64,000 nucleotides of DNA from an uncultured Nioella sp. (GCA_947495575.1 CANLZL010000007.1:151920-215919), one strand, 5' to 3'. Shown: positions 1 to 10,231, counted from the first letter of the stretch. Numbers and translations: made by a program. The notes: generated from the letters alone by a model not told the origin.

Positions 1-670
1 GGTCGCTGAGGGTGTGGTCGTCCAACAACTTCAGTCCTTCGGTGGCCTGAAACAATCCAACACGGTCGATGCGGCGCTTTGGAATGGGTACATGTTCCTC
101 GAACCGCCAGCGCAAACCGCCATAAAAGTTCAGTTGGCGCTCTAATACGGTGTCATCTTGATCGCGGCGGGTCTCTGCATAGTAGCCAGAGCTGTCCAGA
201 TGCGCGGTGTCTAGGTTCACAGCATCTGGGTAAAGCGTCAGATCCTGTGCATAGAGGTCAACAACATAAGTCAGGACCGTGTTGCGGCGCTCCTCTGTGA
301 CAAAGGCAATGGCCTCTCCCACGCGGCGCTGTTCGCAAAACGGGAAGAAGAAGTACTCCGCGTTATAGCAGTAGTGGATCCATTCGCCCGGCGCCAAGGC
401 AATAAGCGCGTTAACAGCGTCCTGCGCCGATCCGGCTTGCCGGGTTGGATGACGGATAAGATCAATTGATTCCGGATCGTCCACGTCGACCGGCAGATCA
501 ACCCCCTCCGGGGCCAAAAGAAACAGGCGTTTGAACCCAAGGTGGATCAAATGGTTCAGGGTGGACGACAGCTCGACCGGATCTTCGGCAATGACAACGG
601 CAAATGGCCCCTTGCCGAGCGGCGCGCTGGCATGGTGGCTGCGAAATGCGTCCAGGGAAGGGTGAATCAT
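1..670 (-). CDS. conserved hypothetical protein, C-terminus cut by the window edge (absent from the supplied ORF track because it is open-ended)
   Basis: Hand translation of the reverse strand from ATG at 670-668 gives an uninterrupted frame down to position 2: MIHPSLDAFRSHHASAPLGKGPFAVVIAEDPVELSSTLNHLIHLGFKRLFLLAPEG...LNFYGGLRWRFEEHVPIPKRRIDRVGLFQATEGLKLLDDHTLSD. No family recognised. Confidence 0.6.
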   Translation of the reverse strand, partial: MIHPSLDAFRSHHASAPLGKGPFAVVIAEDPVELSSTLNHLIHLGFKRLFLLAPEGVDLPVDVDDPESIDLIRHPTRQAGSAQDAVNALIALAPGEWIHYCYNAEYFFFPFCEQRRVGEAIAFVTEERRNTVLTYVVDLYAQDLTLYPDAVNLDTAHLDSSGYYAETRRDQDDTVLERQLNFYGGLRWRFEEHVPIPKRRIDRVGLFQATEGLKLLDDHTLSD

Positions 671-810
671 TTTGGTTATCTTATTTGCTCTGCCCGCCCA
701 TACTCTGCCCGTCTCGTTGCGATTTTGCAAACGAACGCTGCCCCTATGGTGATTGAATGCGGCGGATGCTTGCGATACATGGCGCGGAACCCTGACAGGA
801 GCACATCCCG

Positions 811-2130
811 ATGACCGCGCCCAAAAAGCTATTCGTCAAAACCTATGGCTGCCAGATGAATGTTTACGATTCCGAGCGTATGGCCGAGGCATTGGGGTCT
901 GAAGGGTATGAGCAGGTTGGCTCGGCAGAAGAGGCCGATATGATCCTGCTCAATACCTGCCATATCCGAGAAAAGGCCGCTGAAAAGGTTTATTCCGAAC
1001 TTGGGCGGTTCCGGCCTCTGCGTGAGGCAAACCCGGATCTGAAAATCGGCGTTGCCGGATGTGTGGCTCAGGCCGAAGGTGAAGAGATCATGCGCCGGCA
1101 GCCCTTGGTCGATCTGGTGGTGGGGCCGCAAACGTATCACCGCTTGCCCGCCATGGCGCGCGCGGTTGAAGCGGGCGAAAAGGCACTGGATACTGACTTT
1201 CCCGAGGAGGATAAGTTTCTCCACCTGCCAAAAGCCCGAAAGCCCAAGCGTGGCCCGACCGCGTTTTTGACGGTGCAGGAGGGGTGCGACAAGTTCTGTG
1301 CGTTCTGCGTAGTTCCCTACACGCGTGGTGCGGAAGTCAGCCGCCCGGTTGATCGCCTGATAAGGGAAGCACGGGAATTGGTCGAGCGCGGCGTGCGCGA
1401 AATCACTCTTTTAGGGCAAAACGTCAACGCCTATCACGGCGAAGGTCCGGACGGCGAATGGGGCCTTGCTCGCCTCATCTGGGAGTTGGCCGAGATTGAC
1501 GGTCTGGACCGTATTCGTTTCACAACATCCCATCCCAATGACATGGAAGATGCGCTGATCGAGGCGCATGGCACCTGCGACAAGTTAATGCCCTATTTGC
1601 ATCTGCCCGTGCAGTCGGGATCGGACAAAATCCTGAAAGCGATGAATCGTAAGCACACGGCTGAAAAGTATGTCCAGCTGATCGAGCGCATCCGCGCGGC
1701 CCGGCCAGATCTGCTTTTGTCCGGTGATTTCATCGTTGGCTTCCCAGGCGAGACGGAAGAGGATTTCCAGGCGACCCTCGACCTGGTGAAAACCGTGAGC
1801 TACGGACAGGCCTACAGTTTTAAATACTCCGCGCGCCCGGGAACGCCCGCGGCAGAAAAGCCAATGGTCGATGAGGCTGTCGCCAATGACCGTTTGCAAC
1901 GTTTGCAGGCGTTGCTGTCGACACAACAAAAGGCAGCACAGGACGCAATGGTTGGTCGCGAGGTTTCGGTCCTGTTTGAAAAAACGGGTCGTTTGGACGG
2001 GCAGCTGGTCGGAAAATCGGACTATTTGCATGCGGTGCATGTCGTTGCACCAAAAACCTTGTTGGGTGAAATCGCCAAAGTGCGGATCGTGGAGAGTGGT
2101 CCCAACTCACTAAAAGGCGAGTTGATCTAA
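811..2130 (+). CDS. miaB: tRNA-2-methylthio-N6-dimethylallyladenosine synthase (MiaB)
   Basis: 439-aa ORF. The N-terminus [20 protein letters not shown] and the radical-SAM cysteine motif [15 protein letters not shown] are typical of the MiaB methylthiotransferase family. Confidence 0.95.
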   Translation: MTAPKKLFVKTYGCQMNVYDSERMAEALGSEGYEQVGSAEEADMILLNTCHIREKAAEKVYSELGRFRPLREANPDLKIGVAGCVAQAEGEEIMRRQPLVDLVVGPQTYHRLPAMARAVEAGEKALDTDFPEEDKFLHLPKARKPKRGPTAFLTVQEGCDKFCAFCVVPYTRGAEVSRPVDRLIREARELVERGVREITLLGQNVNAYHGEGPDGEWGLARLIWELAEIDGLDRIRFTTSHPNDMEDALIEAHGTCDKLMPYLHLPVQSGSDKILKAMNRKHTAEKYVQLIERIRAARPDLLLSGDFIVGFPGETEEDFQATLDLVKTVSYGQAYSFKYSARPGTPAAEKPMVDEAVANDRLQRLQALLSTQQKAAQDAMVGREVSVLFEKTGRLDGQLVGKSDYLHAVHVVAPKTLLGEIAKVRIVESGPNSLKGELI

Positions 2131-2132
2131 AG

Positions 2133-2165
2133 AAAAAAGAGGCCCGTCCCCACAGGCCTCTTTTC
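2133..2165. terminator. bidirectional rho-independent terminator hairpin
   Basis: AGAGGCC (2138-2144), 10-nt loop, GGCCTCT (2155-2161). It is flanked by an A-run upstream and TTTT downstream, between convergent miaB and the 2192-2587 gene. Confidence 0.6.
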
Positions 2166-2191
2166 ATAATGTGACGCATGTATCGCGGCGA

Positions 2192-2587
2192 TTAAGAGCC
2201 TGGATGCCAATGCGGTGGATTGCTCTGAAAGATTTGCATCATGACAGAGCGGGAATGTGAGGGATTGTTGACGCCGTCAATGTCACGGCAAACCCGTTCG
2301 GCAATCGCATGTGCCTCGGGGAATGTGTAACCGGCATTCACCAGGCTATCGACAAAAACCGGCTCGGGCCGGTCCCAGATAACGTCATTCCAGGGGCCAC
2401 GGAAGCAGCTGATCGTCACGTTCACACGATCGACGACAACGGCATTGTGGTGGTGGCTTTGAGGGTGAACATGGCCATGGCTGTGTCCATGTCCGTATCC
2501 ATTATGGGCGCCGTCAGCCATGGCCATCCCCGGTGCCTGGAAAAACAGGCCGGCCATTAGAGCGGTCGCAATCACGGAGCGCTTCAT
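2192..2587 (-). CDS. secreted His-rich protein, function unknown
   Basis: 131-aa ORF with a signal peptide MKRSVIATALMAGLFFQAPGMAMA. It is followed by DGAHNGYGHGHSHGHVHPQSHHHN (9 His in 20 residues), a Cys-containing globular part and a C-terminal PPHWHPGS. Confidence 0.7.
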   Translation of the reverse strand: MKRSVIATALMAGLFFQAPGMAMADGAHNGYGHGHSHGHVHPQSHHHNAVVVDRVNVTISCFRGPWNDVIWDRPEPVFVDSLVNAGYTFPEAHAIAERVCRDIDGVNNPSHSRSVMMQIFQSNPPHWHPGS

Positions 2588-3099
2588 AGCAACTCTTCCT
2601 TTCGTAGTGCGTTCATTGTCTTTGCCTACCGATGAGTGAAGCGGTTCGTTCCCCCTCTACTCTTCTTGCCTGTTGCCGCATCACTGTACCCTAAGCGGGC
2701 GATCTGTGAAGGGTTTGGTAACCATCTTGGGTGATCCCGGAAACGATGTAATCCACCGGCCTGAATTGTTCCTGCGGGGGATACAAACCCAGACGAAATT
2801 CGTCGGAAAACCCGAACATGGCCGCAAATTTGCCAAATTTCGTCAGGGTTGATTTCAAAGATTTCCGAATCACTGCGCTGCGTTCCCCTCCGCCAATCAG
2901 TTACAGAAACGTTAATGCAGCGGCGGGAAAAAGCGGCAAACGAGACAGAACCAGCACCAGTTTAGAAATAGCGTCCAATTATGGATATTTTGGCTTCCAA
3001 TACCGCTAAATCTTGATATCCTTGGAAAAAATTAACGATTTCATTCGCGTCGCCTTCTGCCAAAGGGGCCGAAATTCGGAGCAACAGGGGGAACCGAAG

Positions 3100-3669
3100 A
3101 TGCATTCGATCTTTCCGAAATTAAGAACGGCCATATTGGGTGCTGCTGCGCTTGGCCTCAGCCTGGCCATGTCGTCAGCGCCTGTTCTGGCGCAGGCGGG
3201 CGGTGTTACAGGCACCATCAATCCAGCGATTTGGATTGACCCTGACGGCTGTATGCATTGGGTCGCCGATGGCGGGGTCGAAGGTTACATGACTGGTCGG
3301 GTTAACCCACAAAACGGCATGCCGGTCTGTATGGAAGTAAACACCTGCGCAGTGGCGAACACCGACACACTGTTTGCCACTGACAGCCATCATCTGACCC
3401 ATGGCGGCCGCCAGATGTTGGAAGAGTTTTTCCGCAGTTCGGGCGCTTTTGCCTATGCCATTTACGGCCATACCGACAGCCGTGCCTCGGATGAATACAA
3501 TATGGGGCTTTCTCAGCGTCGCGCCGCCTCGGTCGCCGCTGTGGCCCATGCGGTCGGCGCGCGTGTCGCGCGTGAAGTTGGGTACGGAGAGCGCCGCCCG
3601 CGCGCACCCAATGACAGCCCTGCAAATATGCAGTTGAACCGCCGTGTTGAAATCGTGTGCTACAGGTGA
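3100..3669 (+). CDS. OmpA-family (OmpA_C-like peptidoglycan-binding) periplasmic protein with an N-terminal Cys-bracketed module
   Basis: I chose the internal ATG at 3100, preceded by AGGGGGA, which gives the signal peptide MHSIFPKLRTAILGAAALGLSLAMSSAPVLA. The C-terminus YGHTDSRASDEYNMGLSQRRAASVA...NRRVEIVCYR matches the OmpA_C/MotB pattern. Confidence 0.85.
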   Translation: MHSIFPKLRTAILGAAALGLSLAMSSAPVLAQAGGVTGTINPAIWIDPDGCMHWVADGGVEGYMTGRVNPQNGMPVCMEVNTCAVANTDTLFATDSHHLTHGGRQMLEEFFRSSGAFAYAIYGHTDSRASDEYNMGLSQRRAASVAAVAHAVGARVAREVGYGERRPRAPNDSPANMQLNRRVEIVCYR

Positions 3670-3674
3670 TCGCA

Positions 3675-4037
3675 ATGACCAGAATGAACACAATGATGAA
3701 AATCTCGACAGTTCTGGGCTCGGCTCTATTCCTGTCGGCCTGCGCTGAAAATTTCGAGGGTGTAAGCTCCACCAGCGATCCCGCCCCACTGCGTGCCATT
3801 GGTGAAGACCGTGGGCGCGATTCCGGCAGTCTGACACAATTGCAGGCAGGGATTTGGATTGATCCGGACGGGTGTCACCACTGGATCGCCGATGACGGCC
3901 TTGAGGGCTACATCGATGCGCGGCGTGATCCCGTGAGCGGCTTGCCGGTCTGTACGCCAGTTGCGCCTCCAGGTTCGATCATCGGTGATGCTCAGGCCGG
4001 TGCCGGTATTCCCGACCGCGTCCCGCGTCGCCCCTGA
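3675..4037 (+). CDS. small lipoprotein carrying the same Cys-bracketed module as the upstream OmpA-like protein
   Basis: ATG at 3675 follows AGGTGA. Lipobox LFLSAC in MTRMNTMMKISTVLGSALFLSAC. The module GIWIDPDGCHHWIADDGLEGYIDARRDPVSGLPVC is paralogous to residues 43-77 of the 3100-3669 protein. Confidence 0.7.
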   Translation: MTRMNTMMKISTVLGSALFLSACAENFEGVSSTSDPAPLRAIGEDRGRDSGSLTQLQAGIWIDPDGCHHWIADDGLEGYIDARRDPVSGLPVCTPVAPPGSIIGDAQAGAGIPDRVPRRP

Positions 4038-4057
4038 TCTGCGCCAGTTTTGTAAAG

Positions 4058-4090
4058 AAGGGCCGCGCCGGTTTGGGGCGGCCCTTTTTC
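4058..4090 (+). terminator. rho-independent terminator
   Basis: GGGCCGC (4060-4066), 11-nt loop, GCGGCCC (4078-4084), then TTTTT. Confidence 0.6.
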
Positions 4091-4210
4091 ATTTGTGGTC
4101 ATCAAACTACCAGTATCTCGTGTTTTTTACATTACCGACCCCCTAGGTGTTGCGTTGGCGCATGTGAGGAGTCAGACTGAACTCAAGCCAACACCAAGCA
4201 GGAGACTCAC

Positions 4211-5221
4211 TTGGCGACTACCACGCTGCCCCCGGCTTCGGCCGAAGCGCCTTTAGAACTTGTCCTGGAATTTCCTGACAATCGGTTGTTGATCGAACTC
4301 TGCGGTGAATTTGATCGAAACCTCGCCCAGATTGAGCATTTGATGGATGTGCAGATCGTGCGTCGCGGCAATGAAATCGCTGTGATGGGCGGTTCACGAG
4401 AGGAAGCCGCGAAAGCCCTACAAATTCTTTACGAACGTGGCGAGGCGGGCCGAGGGATCGAGGCCGGTGATATCGACGCGATTGTGCGATTGGGCAATTC
4501 CGGTGAGGGTACCGGAAGCCGCGCGGGCGATCAGATCGAGATGTTCCAAACCGGCGAGCTAGAGATCAAGACCCGCAAGAAGACTGTTGAGCCGCGTACA
4601 GTCGCGCAACAGGCCTATGTGCGCGCATTGATGAAGAACGAGCTGGCCTTTGGGATCGGGCCTGCCGGGACTGGTAAGACATATTTGGCGGTCGCTGTTG
4701 CGGTGAACCAAATGATTAACGGCCATGTCGATAAGATCATTCTTAGTCGTCCGGCGGTAGAAGCGGGTGAGCGTCTGGGGTTTCTGCCCGGCGATATGAA
4801 GGACAAGGTCGATCCCTATATGCAGCCGCTTTATGACGCGCTGAATGACTTTTTGCCGGGTAAACAACTGGCGAAACTGATCGAGGAAAAGACCATCGAA
4901 ATCGCGCCGCTGGCCTTTATGCGTGGGCGGACCTTGTCGAATGCATTTGTTGTTTTGGATGAGGCGCAAAACGCGACGACTATGCAGATGAAAATGTTCC
5001 TGACCCGTTTGGGGCAGGGCAGCCGGATGGTCATCACAGGCGACCGGTCTCAGGTGGACTTGCCTCGCGGTGTCACCAGCGGCCTTCGGGACGCGGAACG
5101 GATCCTTTCCGATATCCAAGGGATTTCATTTAACTACTTCACGGCGAAAGACGTTGTGCGACATCCAATGGTTGCCAAGATCATCGAAGCGTATGATTCT
5201 GACGCTCCAGCGGAACGGTAG
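4211..5221 (+). CDS. ybeZ: PhoH-family ATPase (YbeZ type)
   Basis: 336-aa ORF with a TTG start. Walker A GPAGTGKTYLAV, and VLDEAQN. Its position ahead of ybeY-corC-lnt matches the E. coli ybeZYX-lnt operon. Confidence 0.9.
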   Translation: MATTTLPPASAEAPLELVLEFPDNRLLIELCGEFDRNLAQIEHLMDVQIVRRGNEIAVMGGSREEAAKALQILYERGEAGRGIEAGDIDAIVRLGNSGEGTGSRAGDQIEMFQTGELEIKTRKKTVEPRTVAQQAYVRALMKNELAFGIGPAGTGKTYLAVAVAVNQMINGHVDKIILSRPAVEAGERLGFLPGDMKDKVDPYMQPLYDALNDFLPGKQLAKLIEEKTIEIAPLAFMRGRTLSNAFVVLDEAQNATTMQMKMFLTRLGQGSRMVITGDRSQVDLPRGVTSGLRDAERILSDIQGISFNYFTAKDVVRHPMVAKIIEAYDSDAPAER

Positions 5222-5277
5222 ATGAGACATTCTTCGACGCAGATGTGCGGTGTCATGCAGAGTATGGCCATGACGCC

Positions 5278-5775
5278 ATGAGTTTGGTCGATGTCATTAT
5301 CGAGTCAGACCTCTGGTCGGAAATCGGTTTGGATAGTTTGGCGGCGGAAGCTTGTGGCGCTGCCTTGGTGGGGCTGAATTTAGACGCTGCTCGGTTCGAA
5401 ATCAGTCTGTTAGCCTGCGATGATGATCGCATCTCGGCGTTGAACGAAGATTTTCGGGGAAAACCGCTGCCCACCAATGTGCTTAGTTGGCCCACAGAGG
5501 TGATTGAATTACCTCTGGGGCAAAGCCCGGAATTGCCGAATCCTGCCGATGATGGATCGATTGTGGAACTGGGTGACATAGCCATCGCCTTTGAAACTTG
5601 CCAGCGCGAAGCAAAAGAGCAAAACAAGCCGTTCGTGGATCATGTGCGCCACTTGTTGGTGCATGGCACGCTACATCTGTTGGGTTTTGATCACATAAAC
5701 GATGCAGATGCCGCCCATATGGAGGGTTTGGAAACCCGCATCCTTGCAACTTTGGGTGTGCCTGACCCATATTAG
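5278..5775 (+). CDS. ybeY: rRNA maturation endoribonuclease YbeY
   Basis: Zinc-binding motif HLLVHGTLHLLGFDH. I chose the internal ATG at 5278 (MSLVDVIIES...). Confidence 0.9.
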   Translation: MSLVDVIIESDLWSEIGLDSLAAEACGAALVGLNLDAARFEISLLACDDDRISALNEDFRGKPLPTNVLSWPTEVIELPLGQSPELPNPADDGSIVELGDIAIAFETCQREAKEQNKPFVDHVRHLLVHGTLHLLGFDHINDADAAHMEGLETRILATLGVPDPY

Positions 5776-5823
5776 GGCACGGTGCCGTTTTTGTTGGCCC
5801 GACGTAATCCTTGGAAAGGAGCC

Positions 5824-6720
5824 ATGAGCGACTCCCCTGACGCATCCTCTAGCGCGGCGCATCGCGCGCAGGAGGTTGAAGAAAACACCGACCAGAAATC
5901 CGGCTTTATTGCCCGGTTTTTTGGTAACGGCCAATCCCCCTCATCCACCAAACCGAATGACTCATCCGAGGCGCAATCTGTTCCGGTTGGCGCAGCGGCC
6001 TATGCTGCTATCAGCATGTATAATTTACGCCGTTTGCGGGTTGACGACGTGGCCGTGCCACGTGCCGAAATCGTGGCGGTTGGTTCAGACATAGCCTTGG
6101 CCGATCTGGTTGAACACTTCCGTGAAAGCGGTTTTACCCGCCTGCCGGTTTATGACGGGACTATGGATACACCAATCGGTCTTTTACATCTCAAAGATCT
6201 GGCACTGAACTATGGGTTCAATGGTGCAATCAATGATTTTGACGTGACAAGCATGCTGCGTCCACTGATCTACGCGCCGCCTTCGATGCCTATCGGTGTT
6301 CTTTTGCAGAAGATGCAGACGGAACGCACCCATATGGCCCTTGTGATCGACGAATATGGTGGCGTGGACGGTCTTGTTACTCTCGAGGATCTGATTGAAC
6401 AGATCATCGGGGAAATCGAAGACGAGCATGATGTCGAAGAGGATCAGCTTTGGACAGAAGAGGCGCCTGGATGCTGGTTGGCCCGTGCCAAAGCGCCATT
6501 GGATGAATTCCAGGCCGTGCTGGGAATGAATCTGACTGACGGTCTGGATGACGATGAAATCGACACATTGGGCGGCGTGATCTTTGTTTTGACGGGCCGT
6601 GTTCCGGCACGAGGCGAGGTTGTCAAACATCCTTCGGGCGTTGAGTTCGAAGTGATTGACGCAGATCCACGCCGCATCAAGCGGTTGCGGGTCCGCCGCC
6701 CGGATGGGGCGACCGAGTGA
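5824..6720 (+). CDS. corC: CorC/TlyC-family protein (CBS pair plus transporter-associated C-terminal domain)
   Basis: CBS-like region VPRAEIVAV...GFTRLPVYDG...HMALVIDEYGGVDGLVTLEDLIEQIIGEIEDEHD. The C-terminal domain ends FEVIDADPRRIKRLRV. It sits at the conserved ybeX position. The N-terminal about 60 aa are low complexity. Confidence 0.85.
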   Translation: MSDSPDASSSAAHRAQEVEENTDQKSGFIARFFGNGQSPSSTKPNDSSEAQSVPVGAAAYAAISMYNLRRLRVDDVAVPRAEIVAVGSDIALADLVEHFRESGFTRLPVYDGTMDTPIGLLHLKDLALNYGFNGAINDFDVTSMLRPLIYAPPSMPIGVLLQKMQTERTHMALVIDEYGGVDGLVTLEDLIEQIIGEIEDEHDVEEDQLWTEEAPGCWLARAKAPLDEFQAVLGMNLTDGLDDDEIDTLGGVIFVLTGRVPARGEVVKHPSGVEFEVIDADPRRIKRLRVRRPDGATE

Positions 6721-8240
6721 CATCGATCGAGGCGCGGTTGGCTGATCTGGGCCGATGGCCGCGTCTTGGGCTCGCCGTATTTCTAGGCACGATCGCTGCC
6801 GTTGGATTGGCGCCGTTTAATTTGCCTGTCCTGTCAATGTTTGGGTTCGCCGGGCTCATCGGTCTAATCGCAATTCAGACCGGAAACTGGAAAACCGGTT
6901 GGACCGCACTGGCCGGAGCAATTGGGTATTTTGGCCTCTCCCTTTCATGGATTGTTGAGCCTTTTTTGGTGGATCCTTTGCGCCACGGCTGGATGGCGCC
7001 ATTTGCCCTTTTGTTTCTGTCTGCCGGAATGGGCCTTTTTTGGGTGAGCGCGGCCGTCTTAGCCAAACGGATCGGATCGCCATCTATCATGCGAGAGGTA
7101 TTGGCCCTGTCTATTGCCCTTACCGTGGCAGAAGTCCTGAGGGCCAATATCTTATCCGGCTTTCCCTGGGCGCATCCGGGACATATCTGGATCGGATCGC
7201 CACTGATGCACGCAAGCAGCATTATCGGCGCGCATGGATTGACGTTGATCACATTGCTTGCCGCAGCGGGTGGGATGCTTGCAGTAGTAAGACATGTTGC
7301 TTTCGCGGCCCTTCCCTTTTGTCTTTTTCTGGGGCTTGGAACCATCACTTATCTGGCGGAACCCGTGCCTAGGATTGCGGATGATGCGCCTATTGTACGG
7401 TTGGTGCAGCCAAATGCCCCGCAGCATCTGAAATGGCTGCCGGAGATGATCCCTGTATTCTTTGATCGTGCTTTGGACCTGACGCGCGGGGTTGATCCCG
7501 GTGCGCGAGTGCCGGACCTGGTTATCTGGCCAGAAACGTCGTTGCCGCCGCTTTTGCGAAACTCTGGCCCATGGCGTGAAGCCATTTCCGACGCGGCCGG
7601 AGGAGCAGAGGTTATCGTTGGTGGCCAGCGGATCGGAGAAGACGGCCTTGTGCGAAATGCGGCCCTTTATTTGGACTCAGACGGTCAGGTGGTCCAGATT
7701 TACGACAAGCATCATCTGGTCCCGTTTGGCGAGTATTTCCCCTTGGCAGGCGTCGCGCGCCAGCTCGGGCTGCGGGGTTTGGCGGATGTGATCGGCAGTG
7801 GCTACGCGCCAGGGTCGGGGCCGGATCTTTTGGATCTGGGTCCGCTTGGCATGGCCTTTCCGATGATCTGCTATGAAACCATTTTTCCCGGTTATATTCG
7901 TCAGGTTGATCGCCCCGATTGGATGGTTCAGATCACAAATGATGCGTGGTTTGGCGAGATGAGTGGCCCATACCAACATCTTGAATTGGCGCAATTGCGC
8001 GCAGTTGAGCAAGGTTTGCCGTTGCTCCGTGTGGCCAATACCGGAATCACAGCGGTGATAAATGCCCGGGGTCAAGTGCTCGAGAGTTTGGCATTAGGAA
8101 CCCAAGGCGCATTGGATGTGGCGATTCCACCTGCCTTGCCGCCAACCGTCTATGCCCAGTTTGGAAATACACCGGTTTATGTGTTGCTGATCCTCCTCCT
8201 TGGGCTGATTGCGTTCATTCGTCCCAAAAACGCCCATTGA
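6717..8240 (+). CDS. lnt: apolipoprotein N-acyltransferase
   Basis: 507-aa polytopic N-terminus followed by a CN-hydrolase domain (VIWPETS...ICYETIFP...ITNDAWFG). Its start overlaps the corC stop by 4 nt. Confidence 0.9.
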   Translation: MTSIEARLADLGRWPRLGLAVFLGTIAAVGLAPFNLPVLSMFGFAGLIGLIAIQTGNWKTGWTALAGAIGYFGLSLSWIVEPFLVDPLRHGWMAPFALLFLSAGMGLFWVSAAVLAKRIGSPSIMREVLALSIALTVAEVLRANILSGFPWAHPGHIWIGSPLMHASSIIGAHGLTLITLLAAAGGMLAVVRHVAFAALPFCLFLGLGTITYLAEPVPRIADDAPIVRLVQPNAPQHLKWLPEMIPVFFDRALDLTRGVDPGARVPDLVIWPETSLPPLLRNSGPWREAISDAAGGAEVIVGGQRIGEDGLVRNAALYLDSDGQVVQIYDKHHLVPFGEYFPLAGVARQLGLRGLADVIGSGYAPGSGPDLLDLGPLGMAFPMICYETIFPGYIRQVDRPDWMVQITNDAWFGEMSGPYQHLELAQLRAVEQGLPLLRVANTGITAVINARGQVLESLALGTQGALDVAIPPALPPTVYAQFGNTPVYVLLILLLGLIAFIRPKNAH

Positions 8241-8276
8241 ACCTTGGACGGCTAGGGCGTATGGCCCTGATCATCT

Positions 8277-8326
8277 CTGCCCCACAACGGCTTCCTGGCG
8301 TGGCGGCGTAACAGATAATGGAGCGA
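8277..8326 (+). promoter_or_regulatory. candidate SAM/SAH riboswitch in the metK leader
   Basis: CCCACAACGGCUUCCUGGCGUGGCGGCGUAACAGAUAAUGGAGCG closely resembles my recollection of the published SAM/SAH aptamer core (CACAACGGCUUCCUGACGUGGCAG...UUGGAGCA). GCUUC (8290-8294) can pair with the Shine-Dalgarno GGAGC (8320-8324), which lies 6 nt before the metK ATG. Confidence 0.7.
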
Positions 8327-8330
8327 TCTC

Positions 8331-9512
<1,182 letters not shown>

Positions 9513-9535
9513 TCACGCAAAGCCAGAAAATGACA

Positions 9536-9571
9536 GGCGGGCTCGCTGACTGCGAACCCGCCCATTTTTTT
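9536..9571. terminator. terminator hairpin between convergent metK and the DoxX gene
   Basis: GGCGGG (9536-9541), loop, CCCGCC (9557-9562), followed by a T-run at 9565-9571 that overlaps the DoxX stop codon. Confidence 0.5.
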
Positions 9572-9995
9572 ACGCGGTAACAGCAGAGGCGTTCTTGTCG
9601 AACGAAAGGATGCCTGCTCCAGCAGCGACAACCATCAGCAAACCGCCGGAAATCGTAACATTTTTCCAAAAGTTGATCATCTGCATTTGGGCTTCGAACC
9701 CCTCCATCGCGAAGGAAGGGACAAGGTGAAAAATTGCGCCTGATACAAGTGAGAACCCGGCAAGAACAAAAGCCGCCAGGCGCGCGCGGAACCCAACAAG
9801 AAGGGCCAGGCCAGCGCCAAGTTCGACCAAAATGACGAGCGGCAATAGCGAACCCGAGACGCCCATCATTTCCATGTATTGCTGGGTGCCGGAATAGCCG
9901 CCGATCTTTTGGGCGCCAGACATTATGAAAATAAGCGAGAGGAGAACTCGGGCCACCGGGGCGGCATAGGTTTGCGCTTGCGAAAGCAAAGACAT
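9570..9995 (-). CDS. DoxX-family membrane protein
   Basis: I chose the internal ATG at 9995. MSLLSQAQTYAAPVARVLLSLIFIMSGAQKIGGYSGTQQYM... has four hydrophobic segments, which is the typical DoxX pattern. Confidence 0.8.
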   Translation of the reverse strand: MSLLSQAQTYAAPVARVLLSLIFIMSGAQKIGGYSGTQQYMEMMGVSGSLLPLVILVELGAGLALLVGFRARLAAFVLAGFSLVSGAIFHLVPSFAMEGFEAQMQMINFWKNVTISGGLLMVVAAGAGILSFDKNASAVTA

Positions 9996-10231
9996 GGTAT
10001 TGTTCCTTTGGTCTGATGGGCAGCGTTCATTGCTGTATGCGAACCCACCTAAATGTTTTTCAGCAATGTGAAATTCCGTGAAACACAACAGTAAGGGTGC
10101 GCAGTTGCACACTGAATCAGTCCCTAGCCAATTGGTGTGCACCGCTTCGGTTTTGCGCAGTTTTCAATAATCATGTTACTAAAACGCATTGTTCGGCGCC
10201 CTAGCCGAGTGATGTTGAAAGGAAGGTTTTC

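Noticed and set aside
2691-2873. 60-aa minus-strand ORF in the 512-bp divergent gap
   Set aside because: It has a GTG start with a weak, badly spaced Shine-Dalgarno, and the internal ATG has none. Third-position composition looks only mildly coding-like, and there is no homology signal. It is left as a question under the intergenic finding.
8241-8330. SAM-II riboswitch in the metK leader
   Set aside because: I could not find the SAM-II hallmarks (for example an AAAGC-type pseudoknot strand). The sequence fits the SAM/SAH class much better.
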